A DNA stretch of 63,505 nt, from positions 21,309,249-21,372,753 of the forward strand of contig NC_068995.1 in the NCBI RefSeq assembly GCF_001194135.2. The letters are read 5' to 3'. Position 1 is the stretch's first letter; each line of letters opens with the position of its first letter. The translations under genes and the position numbers were made by a program. Positions 1 through 14,281 of this stretch are shown here, piece by piece. Source of the DNA: Octopus bimaculoides (Eukaryota). The notes beneath the pieces were generated by a model. It had not been told where the DNA came from. It was given only the letters and a program-made list of their open reading frames with translations, and ran no database searches.

Positions 1-716
1 TATATATATATATATTATCAAAGATGAAATGGATATAGGATTCTACCAAGTAGATTGCACGTAAAATTATTTAGGTAAAAATTAATACAAAGTATTTAAT
101 TTTATAAATATAATTATGTATGTATATATGTTTTTATGTATGTATGTATATATATATCTACATATATGTATATTCATTCATCTCTTAAATAATCAATAAG
201 CAATGAGTCAATACAACTGAAAAGATGTGAGTATTCAGAAATAATGATAATGACCATTGGAAGAAGAGAGGAATTTCAGTTTTAATTCCGTAATATTAAG
301 TGTGTTCTTACATCTTATAAGTCAGCGTCTGAGCATAGGTAAGTGAGTTTGGCTATGTTCCTCTATGCATGTGTGTAAGTACGATATAGAGAAAATGTAA
401 CAATAGAAGGGTCGAAATATGTGAATACATTTCCTGTGCTCACACGTGTGAGGCGAAATATGTGCTTATATCCCTTACATTTTTGTTTTGCGCGGAAACG
501 GGTAAATTCGGGTGGTATTATTCGTGTAAGTACTATGAATATTTCGCTATACATATTCAGAACATTTCGCTCCAACTTGTGAAATAACAATATACGTCAG
601 AAAGTCGATGAAATTGCTCACGTGTGTTGGTTAACTTACATGGTATAACTAGATGTGAAATGAGTTGCCAGGTGTAAAAATCACAGGTAACTCTTATATG
701 AGCGTGTGTGTGTATG

Positions 717-722
717 TCTATC

Positions 723-778
<56 letters not shown>
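717..778. repeat. (TCTA)n microsatellite
   Basis: Near-perfect TCTA/GATA run read directly. Confidence 0.95.
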
Positions 779-789
779 CATTTTATCCC

Positions 790-1058
790 TTGTTTTAATT
801 CTTTCAATCAACTTACTGCGGCCATGCTGGAGCAGCGCCTTAAAAGGTTTTAGTCGGACAAAGGTTTTAGTCGGACAAAGGTTTTAGTCGGACAAAGGTT
901 TTAGTCGGACAAAGACCCCAGGACTCAATATTTGCAAGCCTAGCACTTATCCTATCGTTTTTTTTTTGTTACCGAACCGCTAGGTTACCGCTAGGTTACA
1001 CACCAGCATCAATTATCAAGAGATGGTAAGTCAACAAACACAGACACACACATAAATA
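790..1058 (-). mobile_element. 3' tail module of SINE family A (head absent)
   Basis: Reverse complement aligns by eye to 14400-14614 (gcggccatgctggagca, aagcctagcacttat, cacaccagcatc, aaacacagacacac). Confidence 0.8.
843..914 (+). repeat. 4 perfect tandem copies of a 17-bp unit (AAAGGTTTTAGTCGGAC) inside the SINE tail
   Basis: Units at 843-859, 860-876, 877-893, 894-910, then partial AAAG. Confidence 0.95.
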
Positions 1059-1388
1059 TGCTGAATTAACAGCAACACTACTTACGATATAGGCTCCGTT
1101 ATTACCGGTTCATCGAAAGGGTTTACTTCTGCGGTTGTACAGCGATTGAATACTGTTAACACATATAGATATGGAAACAAATAGGAGGTTTTGAGTTAAG
1201 TAAATGATAAACAAATGACAACCGATAGATTGTTCTGCACTTCAGTTGTTTCATACATTTCTTATTCTTTACCATTCACCTTACTCGGAACCTGCAATTC
1301 GTTTCGATCTTGAGTCTACTGAGTGCGGTGCAATAGTTGCACTGAGAGTACGTATGTGTGACATTGTTGACGAGTTTCATATATACAG

Positions 1389-1392
<4 letters not shown>

Positions 1393-1432
<40 letters not shown>

Positions 1433-1977
1433 NNNNNNNNNNNNNNNNNNNNNNNNNNNNNNNNNNNNNNNNNNNNNNNNNNNNNNNNNNNNNNNNNNNN
1501 NNNNNNNNNNNNNNNNNNNNNNNNNNNNNNNNNNNNNNNNNNNNNNNNNNNNNNNNNNNNNNNNNNNNNNNNNNNNNNNNNNNNNNNNNAATGTGTGTTT
1601 GTATGTGTGTGTGTATGTGTGTTTTTGTGTGTTTGTGTGTGTTTGTGTGTGCGGTGGTTTTGAAAAGCAACGTCGGTTTTTACAATTCTGTAAATAACAA
1701 TAAATGCATTTTACAAGTGTAACGTTTATGAGCGATCACCACGCAGTGAGTAAAGAAAATATTCTAATAGTGGGGCATATAAGCCTTTAGCGGAAAAAAA
1801 GGTTTTCCTCTACGCGCGGAACTCGAACCTACATATCTATGTTCTCGCGACATGTGTGCTAACCATTTACACTCACGTTCGTATGTTTAATTGGCAAAGC
1901 AAATGACTGTCTCCAAGTATAGCAAGAAAGACACACATACACACGCACACACACATATGTATATATATACATACACA

Positions 1978-2036
<59 letters not shown>

Positions 2037-3028
2037 GATTTGTTGCATGCTATTCAAAAATTTTTTAGATGTATTTGTCAATTGCTATTTCTCACTAAAA
2101 ATTGTATAGGAATTGCAAAATATAACTAATGAAGCAGTTCTACTCTTTTATAAATGTGCTTCTATAAACATATAAAAAAAAAACCCGGCTAAATGTATGT
2201 TTTATTATATTTACTCGCGTAAACTAATTTACAATGGATTCTGATCGTAGTAGAGCTTTTACTAAAGAACACTACAAACAATAGCGTTATATTTTCATGA
2301 TGAAATTTCAGTCACATATAACAGATCCAAATTTATCGTGAAGGGTTAATGACTAAATATCCAATAGTTTAGCTTAGTCAGACGAGGACAAGAACCACTT
2401 ATAATATCATTCTACAACAGTTGTCCCAAAAGGGCGGGGTGTCAACCTCCAAATGATAAAAATGGTGCGATCGGGAAAATACAAATATGCGTATGTGTAT
2501 GCGTATATGTGCGTGTGAGTACACACAGTCACACACATGCACAAGCACACACACACACACACATACACACACACACACACACACGCACACACAAACTCAC
2601 ACACACACACACTCACACACACAAACACAAAATTTCAGCAAATCTATTTTCATAGTTCAATTATAAAAACAATGAATAAATCACATACATACCTGAATCA
2701 TCTTTTATGGTTAAATTCGTTTCGAAACGAATGCCTTAACGAAAATAAGGATATGACCGAATAATTAATTAACCACAAATAAATTTATTACAAATTGTTC
2801 TTATGAGTATGTGTTTCGATAGCGGTAAATATTAGAATATTCGTAACGCATTTTTCTTTTTACGATATTTTCATAATCGTAACTGGTGTCGTACTTTTGT
2901 TCATGCTGTTTACGTGTTTGTTTAAAAAGGAAAGTCTCCGCTAATTATACTAGAATCGACAACGTCACAAGCATCCTTCTTCTCCAACACGCTTATACAT
3001 ACATAACAAAATACGCGCGCACACACAC

Positions 3029-3062
<34 letters not shown>

Positions 3063-3072
3063 NNNNNNNNNN

Positions 3073-3107
<35 letters not shown>

Positions 3108-4775
3108 ATATACATATATATAAAGATATATTTAAGGCTTAATTGCAGTCGTTAACATTCCGAAATGCACATACACTTCCGTATAAGTAGCATTTATTTA
3201 CATTGTCATGCGAAAATTCATAATTGTGTAATATAACAACACACATTATCTTCCTCCCCCCATCTCTACTTCTCTATATATGTCTACACACTCATATGAA
3301 TATATACATATGAATGTATGTATATACATACACACACATATGTATATACATACGCATATATTGATATAGATAGATCCATACATACTTACATACATACATG
3401 CATACATACATATATACATGCATATAGATATACAGTTGCCTAAGTATCACACATTATGTATTTCACACGTGAAATATAAAAAGGTAACATTTGCCTACGC
3501 ACGCACGCTTCATAATTGCAAACGCCAACACTTGTACATACATACATACATACATACATACATACATACATACATACATACATACATAAATGCATATACA
3601 CACCCACATATTTAAGCAAATGGAAATATTCATAACACTTCCCAATTGTGTTTACCCATTAAGTCATCCGTACTTTTGCCCACATAGAAAACATGTGGAT
3701 ATATATTAATATATCCTTGCCGAATATTAAAAAGAAAAAAAATTCATACAACCACACAGAAAGCCAACTTAAAAACAAGGAGTCTACTAGGAATGATGCA
3801 CACAAATATAAAGCCACGAATATTTTACAACAAATAATTCAAAACATTTACAGACATGTATGTATGTATACATGCACACAATCATACTTACATACATACA
3901 TACATACATACATATATGCGTACATACATACATAACTACATACATAGATACATAAATGTGTACATACATACATATATACATATATATATATATACATACA
4001 TACATACATANNNNNNNNNNNNNNNNNNNNNNNNNNNNNNNNNNNNNNNNNNNNNNNNNNNNNNNNNNNNNNNNNNNNNNNNNNNNNNNNNNNNNNNNNN
4101 NNNNNNNNNNNNNNNNNNNNNNNNNNNNNNNNNNNNNNNNNNNNNNNNNNNNNNNNNNNNNNNNNNNNNNNNNNNNNNNNNNNNNNNNNNNNNNNNNNNN
4201 NNNNNNNNNNNNNNNNNNNNNNNNNNNNNNNNNNNNNNNNNNNNNNNNNNNNNNNNNNNNNNNNNNNNNNNNNNNNNNNNNNNNNNNNNNNNNNNNNNNN
4301 NNNNNNNNNNNNNNNNNNNNNNNNNNNNNNNNNNNNNNNNNNNNNNNNNNNNNNNNNNNNNNNNNNNNNNNNNNNNNNNNNNNNNNNNNNNNNNNNNNNN
4401 NNNNNNNNNNNNNNNNNNNNNNNNNNNNNNNNNNNNNNNNNNNNNNNNNNNNNNNNNNNNNNNNNNNNNNNNNNNNNNNNNNNNNNNNNNNNNNNNNNNN
4501 NNNNNNNNNNNNNNNNNNNNNNNNNNNNNNNNNNNNNNNNNNNNNNNNNNNNNNNNNNNNNNNNNNNNNNNNNNNNNNNNNNNNNNNNNNNNNNNNNNNN
4601 NNNNNNNNNNNNNNNNNNNNNNNNNNNNNNNNNNNNNNNNNNNNNNNNNNNNNNNNNNNNNNNNNNNNNNNNNNNNNNNNNNNNNNNNNNNNNNNNNNNN
4701 NNNNNNNNNNNNNNNNNNNNNNNNNNNNNNNNNNNNNNNNNNNNNNNNNNNNNNNNNATATATATATATATATAC
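1393..4775. repeat. Cluster of (TA)n, (CA)n, (TACA)n microsatellites with four N-gaps
   Basis: Runs at about 1393-1650, 1935-2035, 2520-2630, 3025-3115 and 3300-4775. Gaps abut (TA)n or (TACA)n. Confidence 0.9.
1794..1878 (-). pseudogene. tRNA-like Pol III unit (tRNA pseudogene or SINE head) followed by T7
   Basis: Minus strand reads GTGTAAATGGTTAGCAC (A-box/D-arm-like), ATGT-CGCGAGA-ACAT stem-loop, GGTTCGAGTTCC (B-box-like), then T7 at 1794-1800. No clean acceptor stem. Confidence 0.5.
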
Positions 4776-4918
4776 ACTCTTTAACTAGTTTCAGCTAGAA
4801 AGATGCGGTCATGATGGTGCACCATCATCGGCTATTTCAGGCTATTTTTGCCTCTCTTCAGTACTGGACACCTCGTCTGCTACAGATGGCTGTAGCTCAC
4901 TTCCGCTGGCAATATATA

Positions 4919-6145
4919 TTGGGTCATCCCATTAATAATGTGGTTTTTTCAACTGTATGAGCTAAAATTCGGAGGGGGCGGTATAAACTAACTGCACCAA
5001 AGAGCTGTAAAAGCAGGCAGTAATATTACCTCGTACTTTCATTTAATGCACGAGTTGAAGAGTGCAGCTCGATTTTAACAATTATTTTTTCAAAGCTATA
5101 TTAAAAGTGACAGAGGAGCATATTCGGCATATTTTGCTTTGTAAGTTCAATCAAGGCAACAACGTATGGGAAAGTGAAAAGTCTGTTAATGCAGTATATG
5201 AGGATGGGACAATAAGCGTAAGCCAGTATGAACGGTTCTTGCAGGAAATCCGAGCCCGAAACTACAGCCTAGAAGAGGAGCCTCGTCCTGGAATATCTGT
5301 AGAGCTCGATGAGGACGTCCTGCAAATCGTGGTATAAGAAAATCACATCGTAAGTGGTGAGGAACTAGCTAAGAAACTTCGAACTGCCCATTCAACCACT
5401 CATTGACACATGCGTGCCATCGGAAAAGTCAGCAAACTGGGTCAATAAGTTCGTCACAAAACTTTCCAGTCTAATCACGAATGAACATTTTTTTGGACGA
5501 ATTGTAATTGGTGACGGCAAATGTGTTCTCTAAAAAAATGTCAGGTGCCGAACGCAGTGGGTTGGGAAATGAGAAACGCCAGTCCTCCAAGCAAAAGAAG
5601 ATCTTCACCCACGTAAGGTGTTGTTATCTTTTTGGTGGGATATGAAAAGATCAATCCACACGAACTTTTAAGCCCAAACCAAAGATTTACTGCGAGCAGC
5701 TTGAGCTGCTTAAGCCAGCACTAGAAGATAAACGACCACCTTTGCCTTCAAGACGAAATGTGTTCTTCCAATAGGATAATGGTTGGCAGATGCAGCGAGA
5801 ATGATATTTCAAAGGCTGGAGAAGTTTGAATGGCAAACGATATCCCACCCATCACATTTGCCGGACATTGCCCCATCTAATTATCATTTATTCCGCAGTC
5901 TTCAAAATCATTTGGACGGAAAATACATGAATTTTGTAGACGAGGTCGGAATAGTTCTGATGGAGTATTTTTTGTCACGGAGAAATGAACTGTGGAAAAA
6001 GGACCTCGCAAGTCTACCAGATAGATGGAAGAGCATTGATTAGAATGAAGGATAGCATATTTTAGATTAAAAGGAAACTTTGTTTATCTTCATTTAAAAA
6101 AAAAAAAGAAGTATAAAAAGCCGCATTATTTATGGGATGACCCAA
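4919..6145 (+). mobile_element. Full-length decayed mariner (Tc1/mariner, DD34D-type) DNA transposon
   Basis: TIRs TTGGGTCATCCCATTAATAATGTGG at 4919 and CCGCATTATTTATGGGATGACCCAA ending at 6145. TA on both sides (4917-18, 6146-47). Length 1227 bp. Confidence 0.93.
5101..6056 (+). pseudogene. mariner transposase pseudogene (stops and frameshifts)
   Basis: ORF pieces KVTEEHIRHILLCKFNQG...EEEPRPG (HTH region) and HPSHLPDIAPSNYHLFRSLQNHL (YSPDLAPSD-like motif). Confidence 0.9.
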
Positions 6146-6188
6146 TATAATTTCAAACGACATACAATCGCTGAATTGCAACAAGCAA

Positions 6189-7027
6189 AAACGCCAGTTC
6201 TAAAATCAATGCAGCAGTTGTACAAGCAAATAATATTCGTAGACACTTCAATATCGCTGTCCATTCGAACGAAATTTACCGCGATTTTTTAACCCCAGTA
6301 GGACATCTTTTAAAGCTGGTTAACGATGTACAGCTGTATCCGAGATATTGTGAGCAGGCGAGCGAATCGGTCAGGCGTATTTTGCATGAAGACCTGCATT
6401 TCGACCCGTACAAACTGGTTATTGGGCAATAGTTGAAACTAAGTGTCTATGCAGAGCGGCTTAAGTTCGCACGTCAGATGGAAGCAATTTTTTAGACATC
6501 TGACAACTTCATTTTGTTAATGAGTGACGAAGATCATGTTCATCTCAATTGCATGGTGAATCAGTAGATATATCGTTATTGGCGTCTTGAAAATCCGAGA
6601 GAACCGCACGAAAGAACACTACACAGCCTAAAAGTGACGGTCTGGTGTGCTGTTGAAAAGCTACCGTCATTGGTCCATACGTTTTGAAGATAATAATAGA
6701 AATACTGTTACTGTGAACTCCGAGCGTTATATCGACATGATAAACAACTTCTTTGCGCCTGAATTACGACGAAGATATATCTCTATTCGACGGATAAGGT
6801 TTCGGCAGGATAGGGTGACGGTCCACACAGACAGAGGAACAATGGACGTTCTTCGCGCTTTCTTCGGTGACCGCCTCATTTCCAGATATCCTTGGCCCTC
6901 CCCGTCTCCTGATATGTCCATGTGTGATTATTTCTTGTGGGGGAAACCACAAAGCACTTGTGTATGCGCATAAGCCCCGTACAGTGGACGAGTTGAAAGA
7001 AGATATTCGCATGCAAGTCACCTAAAT
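6189..7027 (+). mobile_element. Tc1/mariner-superfamily transposase fragment, maT/rosa-like (DD37D-DD41D group)
   Basis: Frames give LHEDLHFDPYKL, LMSDEDHVHL, SPKVTVWC, TVTVNSERYIDM, QD...WPSPSPDMSMCDYFLWG. Truncated by (CA)n at about 7028. No TIR pair found. Confidence 0.85.
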
Positions 7028-7064
<37 letters not shown>

Positions 7065-7744
7065 CACACGCAAACATAAGCATATATGTATATGAAAACT
7101 GGGTGATAAAATGGTAGTTTAATAATAGCATTATAGATAGTCACCGATTAGTGCTCAGAAATGTCACATTACTAAATTGCAATTTCCTTATCATGACAAA
7201 GTAGTCTAGACGTCGAACAGTCGACTTGAAGTACGATTGGTATCGATCAGGTAAAAAAATAGGAAGACGTATACACGATTACGGATGTAAGGTATACATA
7301 TTTATGTGAATAACTTCTTAGGCATTTCACATTATGTAACACTCCGTACTTTTAAAGTCGTTTCTAACGATCGATGACTGTTTGAGATAATAATGCATAT
7401 TATGGAAAGTAAAGTAAAACAGCCAATTTTCTCGTTGCACACATTTTCAAACCTCATCGCAATATGGAAGACTATGAAATGCATGGTAGGAGATATTGTA
7501 TATATCTATATAATAGGCATAAAAAATAGACAGGGAAACGAAGGGGAGAAATTCTGGAGAGACGTCGAGAAGTAGGTGGACGTAGTGGTCAGATGGAAAG
7601 CGGTGAGAAAAGACATGTGTGTATTAGGGCCAAGGAGAAGTATATCTAGGGTATAGGTACAGAGTGGGGAGGACTCCGTGGTCAAAGGAATGGGGGAAAT
7701 AGAAACAAACTACAGATGAAGGACCTGACGAAAGGAAATATACT

Positions 7745-8240
<496 letters not shown>

Positions 8241-11200
8241 AACAAAGAGAATGAGTGTTAACCAATGTGATTATAATGGTTTCATACACCATTCTAAAGT
8301 AAATATTAAAATAAGGACATTTCATTCTATTAAAACAGCGTGCTTAATGGAGGCGTTTACTTTTTGTATCAAACATTTTATACGGAATTCTAAGTTATCG
8401 AGTTGTGATTCAATAGATCCGTTTGATTCTTCACTTATCATGCTTTTTTGGAATGTCAGTTTTCTGTAGTATTTGCATAACCGACATTATGCAAATATCT
8501 TATGCCAGTTTGTTACGAAATCTCTTTATTAAATGAAACTGTTTAGACGCTTCCATATCCCGATAAATTTTGACTTTGTTTCCTATATAACAATTGTCTG
8601 AAAAGTGTAATTTCGTGATTTACAATTGAAGGTCGTCCTTATAATAGCTTTCATGCAATGTATCTTCTCTAAACCGTTTAATTATATGCGTTTGTGGTAT
8701 TTGAACTGTAACGTATATTATGAAGGCCATTTTTTCCCCGAAACATACATTGCTGCTGTGACACTATTTCGTTTATAATGAAGCAATTTAACACTTTCCA
8801 GGTTTCTGTTCAAATCTATATAACATTGTAAAATAAAATAAGAAAAAAAATTATGAAAACTACCTTTTTATTAAAATATAAACAATACTATTCGATTTTG
8901 ATTGAATGTTGAAAACAACTTAATATCATTGTATTATTGAGAATATCTGAGCCAGCCCTATAAAATATCAATGCTTAGGCACCTATTTATATTTCAACAC
9001 AAGCTCTCATTTCTGTCTTTACAACTCTCTATTCTTTTTGAGGCACTATTTTCTAATATTTATCTTCTTTCTCGCTCTTTTACTCTTTCTGTCACTCTTT
9101 GATATATAATAATACGTTGCATTATATTGCTATTTCTCACAGCCAATTCCTTTCCTCTGATTTTTTCTTATTCGTGCAGCCAGTAATTTATAGACAATTC
9201 TACAGCATTACTTTAATCACCTGAATATATCGTATTCTACATTTACTAGTATATTTTTCGAATTTATATGACTATTTTTCAAACAAACCCTATTTTGAAT
9301 CCTAACATTTTCACACTCATCTTTTCCAATTATAAATTTTACCCAATTTTCTCATCATCTTCCTCGATCATTATCGATTTTACTTGTATAATTCATTACA
9401 CATTCACACCGGGATTTACCTCTTCTCCCCACCCTCTCTCTCTCCTTTTTTTTTGTTATTATTCAATCCTTTCTCTTTCGTGCTTCTATCTGTTGATTTT
9501 AGTTTTTCCAAAATAGTGGTTCTCGCAATTCACTGCTTCGTTATTCTACCTCTTTTGTATTTACTCTCTATCTTGTATTCCACGCAAATGATGAGCTCAC
9601 CTTCTCTTTTTCCCTTTCATATATAAGCACCCCTACTCTCCTCTATCTCCCTCGTTTTATCTAGGTTTCATCTGTCTCTTTCCACCTCTCTCTCATTTCT
9701 TCTTACTTATTTACTCTTCTTTTATATTGTTTCATATGCATGTCGTAAAAAAAGATTATAGAAATCTGTAAAATACGTTCAAAAATAATTAGAAATTTTT
9801 GAAAATTCCATTATTTCGGAAACACAGAAACACAACGTTTTATAATCTTACAGTATCATTAATGAAGATAAACTAAAATAAGTGTGACGATTTGCCCATT
9901 CCAGTTTAAAACCATGCTTACTCAGCAATTACTAATTAAACATTTATGTTCCAGTAAGTTCTGCGAGCCTGCAGGCTGAAATAGTTTCTTCGTATTTAAT
10001 TTAAAGCAGAAATTATAAAAAGAAAGTAATTTGAAATAAATGAAATGGACTTAGGAAACAAAGATTTCAAAATGAAAATTAACGACAAAAAGTATTCTGG
10101 TTTTTATTGTACTTTTCTTTCAGCAACGAGATATAACAATTATAAAGGAATTGAAGTAGTAACAGTGAAAAATGATGAGGTTTATTTCTGTCTCCTTTTA
10201 TTACTTCTGAATGTTTCTGCTACAAAGCTTGCTCCATTTTGCTCTTGTGTTAAGTCTTATTTCACTTTATCTTACAGTTTATTCCAAACTTTCTTTCTAC
10301 GTCTTCTTGTGATTATTATTGTTTTACAACATTTCTCGTCTTTCTTGTTGCTGTTTTACAGTAACCGTCGAACTTTGTTGTGCTCCTTTTGTGAAACCTT
10401 CCCACCTTTTTTTCTCTCTGACTAAGAATTTCTTCATCTTTCCGTATATTTATAAAATTATTATCTTCATTTCCCCATTTATACACTCTCCATTTTGCTC
10501 CTGTATTATTTTCACTGACTCACCCAAATACCTAATTTCTGTATCTATTCACCTTTTACACTTATCTATCCCTCTTTCACATGTTCTCCCTTCCACTGTG
10601 TGTGTGTGTGTGTGTGTGTGTTAAACACTTTCTCATTACCAACACACTACAGATATATAAACCCGAGAATAAACTACAAATGGCCAATGTAATACATAAA
10701 TTTAACTTTAAAACAGAAAGCTACAGATTTCTCGAATGTGTTACATTAACCAGTCACGTGCATGCTCTCTCGTACGTTCACCGTGCATTTACATTAGTCA
10801 CACAATTACAACACGTTCTTGCTATCTCATCGTGCATTTCAGAAGTAAAGACAATAACAACACATGACATCGCACATCCTGGAGCAGAGGCAGATAGCAA
10901 AATATTAAGACATCACTCACTTATTCATACGTTATAGTATTCCGCACGGTTATACGGTTTTCTTAAGGAAACGTCACTCATGTCATAGAAGAGGACTTTA
11001 ATTAACATATAATGTATACACGTCACACCCAATGAACATACGTCGCGGTTGACGGCCAAAATGCTTATCCGCCAACATGGAACTCTAAGTTTCCAACAGT
11101 TAAATTGTGGCTGCAAAATCTGAATAAAGGCAAGTAAGTTGCCTACTAGAAAAGATGCATTGCAAAATCCAAAATCTCTCCAAATCCCGAAAGTGTGGTT

Positions 11201-13114
11201 TAGATAACTTCAAAATAATGGTAAAAATGAATTTAGAAATATTATTACTCCCAACGAACTATGATAGGTAGACGAGAAAATATAACAATAAAAGTATAAA
11301 TACGCATTATAATGTATTTGTGTTTTCAATATATGATGTCTAAACCAAAAGCTGTTCCTCATTTATTCACGCTTACATACATACACACATACATACATAA
11401 ATACATACCTAAATGCATATATGGTTTTGTGAGTGCGTGTGCGTGCGCGCGTGATTGGTAGGTCAAATGTTATAGACACTTCTGACGAGACCCCAATGTG
11501 TACCTAAAACAAATTACGGCTATTCAGCACTTTTCAATCTACAGACAAATAGATAAATTTAACATGCCTGCATTTCGACAAAGTAGGTGAATGTATATAT
11601 ATATATTTCGAAGTATATATACATATGTATCAAACAATAGACACATGTATATGTATGTAAGTACATCTTACATTTGTTTTTCGTTTTTTGCTTTTAATTA
11701 AAATCTATCTTTGCCTCTTTTATCCATTTCCCAATGTTTATAGCTCAGATGTCGATATTATCCATTAATATCATTCTCTTACATTAACTAAACTTATCAT
11801 TTTCTCTATAGTTCGTTTGGCCTTTATAACACCCCATCTCCGTTGTAAAACTCTGTGTCTTCTTTCTACATATCATTTCTTGCAGACACTTTTCTTTTGC
11901 AATCTATCTTTTCATCCTGCCTTACATGTCACTGTTTTTCTCTCTTTTGTCTGCCTCTCTTGCTTACTACTTGTCTTTGCATTTCTCTTTCTCGCTTTTT
12001 AAATCAAAGATCTTCTTTATTCATCTTTCTAATCTCTCTTCCACATAACATTTGCTTTTTTGGGTTTTTTCTCCGTCTTTTACCCTATGTTCATTCCGGT
12101 AACGTGCCTTCTCCCCCACACCACCATCCTCAAAAAATGCGACTTGGTGTCTTATATATTAAGATGTCAAGAAGAAAAGTGCATGTCATCAATTCGCATA
12201 CAGTAGTGAAATCCAGAAAGTTTTTACAGTACTGTTATAAATGCACGGATGATATACACAACCTTAGAAAAAATATCTGTCAAACATCTTGCGAAAATCT
12301 ATTAACGTAAAAATTAACAAACGTAAGTAAAGTAAAAAAAAAAACCAGGATGGGCAGATTGTACAGATAACACAGAATTAATTCACTTGCGCTATTTATT
12401 TACGAACAATAAAAAAAAAAAAGGAAAGAGTTCCGTGGTGGAATTTATCTGTCTTCCTTATGTATGTAATAAAATGATGGAGCCTATCCTCTTTATATAC
12501 ACAGTATTGAGCTAAAATTAGTAAACTATCATCGTGTCCTAATTTTTGCTCTTCTAAAAATAAAACCACACCACTTCTCGGTAATACTAACCTAAATTTA
12601 AGACAAGGTACAAACATTCGGATTTCAGAAAATATCTGTGGTATTCAAATGAAATTAGAACAGGATTTAAGTTCTCAGCACCGAGAGGAAAAAATAGTGC
12701 TGCTTCTGAGAATAATGTTCATGATTAGATTTGAAACTACATTTTGAGTAATTTCATGGCGTAATTTAATCCAAGGGAAAATATGATAACTGCAGTTAAC
12801 TTAAAAACTAGCCATCTTGGGAGTCTTTTACTCTTTTGATTGTTTCAGTTACGGAATTTATTTGGACTGTGTCTAAAATGGACACTCAGTGATATGAAAG
12901 CTGTTTACTCATTAGAGGATGACCGGTCATTCTTATTTGATTTAACGGTCCTATTTCTCACATCTCTAAGGTACAAGGCGGCAGCCAGATGCCGAGTGTA
13001 ACTTAAAGAACACATATGAACACAGGCAATATACATGCCTCTCACGTAAACACACAGGTATATACATACATGTACGTGAGTGGGTATGCTTGTGTGCGTG
13101 TGCGTGTATGTATA

Positions 13115-13149
<35 letters not shown>

Positions 13150-14281
13150 ATTATGTTAAGTACACCGATTGTTTTATTTCTGTGTAAGCTGCGTTATGTT
13201 ATGTATCTTGCGAAAACGGCAAGCTGACAGAATCATTAGACCGTGGGGCAAAATGCTTCCACCAAGCCATCTCGTCGCTATAATATATCAATACATTTCA
13301 CTATACATTTCTAATATACATTTCGCTATAAGATTAGTGAAATGTATATGAGAAATACCAGTAATATGTACGTATGACGTAGGACACAAACCTATTATTT
13401 TCTACTGTCTCCATATGCCTCCATACGCTTCAATCCAAACAACGTTAACCAAAACGACACAACAGCCTCAATTACAACGGTAGCAACAGCACCAACAATT
13501 GCAGCAGCAGCAACAACAATAGACATGCAATAATAGATATAAACAATGACATGTATACCACAATCGAATTTATTAAATGTGTTCTATGCAGGTAATTGCA
13601 AAGTATCATTCTTTAAAAATACAGTCTGTACGATGGATATAACTAGGATTGTGTGTGTAAGTGTGCGTCTTTTATGTGCGCGTGTGGTGATGTGTTTGTA
13701 TATTAGTGTCTGTTTGCACGATCTGTAAGTGTGTGTGTGTGTGGGGGGGTCCAATCAATTTTATTTGCGAGGTTAACATGTTCAATTCAGCTGAGAGAAT
13801 TCTTACTATATTGTCAATGATTGGCAATCGATGAATTTAAACTTTTGTATTGTTTCACGAGTGCCGTGTTAACATATCTTTCCTTTTAACAGAGAGGCAT
13901 ATCAATAGGTAAGCACATTTATTGAACACATTCAGAATTACAGACATTCTCATACGACCGCAACACACCACACACAAATCTATTATTTTCTTCTATATTC
14001 ACTTCAATTAACACATAAACACGCTCAAACTCAAATACACAAATGCAAATACACACAAACAACCACCCACCTACACACAAACAACTATGCACACCCACAA
14101 ACACACAGGCTAACCATAATTTTTCAGTTCACAATGTGCAAGGATTGTTCAAAGAATGTATAAAATGCATATTAAATCTAAAGAATGATAATAAAGACTT
14201 CTATCAATTTATATTAATTGTTATACCAACTATGATGTCATATTGTCATTCTTTTGACTACTTTGAATATATACAAGATGA

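Noticed and set aside
280-338. Possible plus-strand exon with a strong donor (ATAG/GTAAGT) and an open frame FNSVILSVFLHLISQRLSI
   Set aside because: The acceptor has a poor polypyrimidine tract, the peptide is unrecognisable and no partner exons were found. It would need RNA-seq.
843-914. Repeat array as CRISPR
   Set aside because: Units are contiguous with no spacers, there are no cas genes, and the context is a eukaryotic SINE.
3848-4798. Long ORFs spanning N-gaps or microsatellites (also 27022-28203, 35418-36907, 41516-42350, 58507-59118)
   Set aside because: They are open only because Ns and simple repeats lack stop codons; the YI/CV/TH/poly-K products are artefacts.
7205-7247. Polylinker-like cluster of 6-bp palindromes (TCTAGA, GACGTC, GTCGAC, ATCGAT)
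   Set aside because: The order matches no cloning vector I know and the flanks are genomic; probably chance in a CpG-retaining patch.
11036-11133. Protein-like frame TYVAVDGQNAYPPTWNSKFPTVKLWLQNLNKG ending at a CAA/GTAAGT donor
   Set aside because: There is an in-frame TGA at 11033, no suitable upstream acceptor and no recognised homology. It could be chance or a non-coding exon.
11482-11510. CTGACGAG as a third hammerhead core
   Set aside because: No stem II pairing, GAAA is replaced by TAAAA, and there is no stem I.
12396-12617. 73-aa minus ORF with natural-looking composition
   Set aside because: No recognisable domain and no splice donor to link it to a gene.
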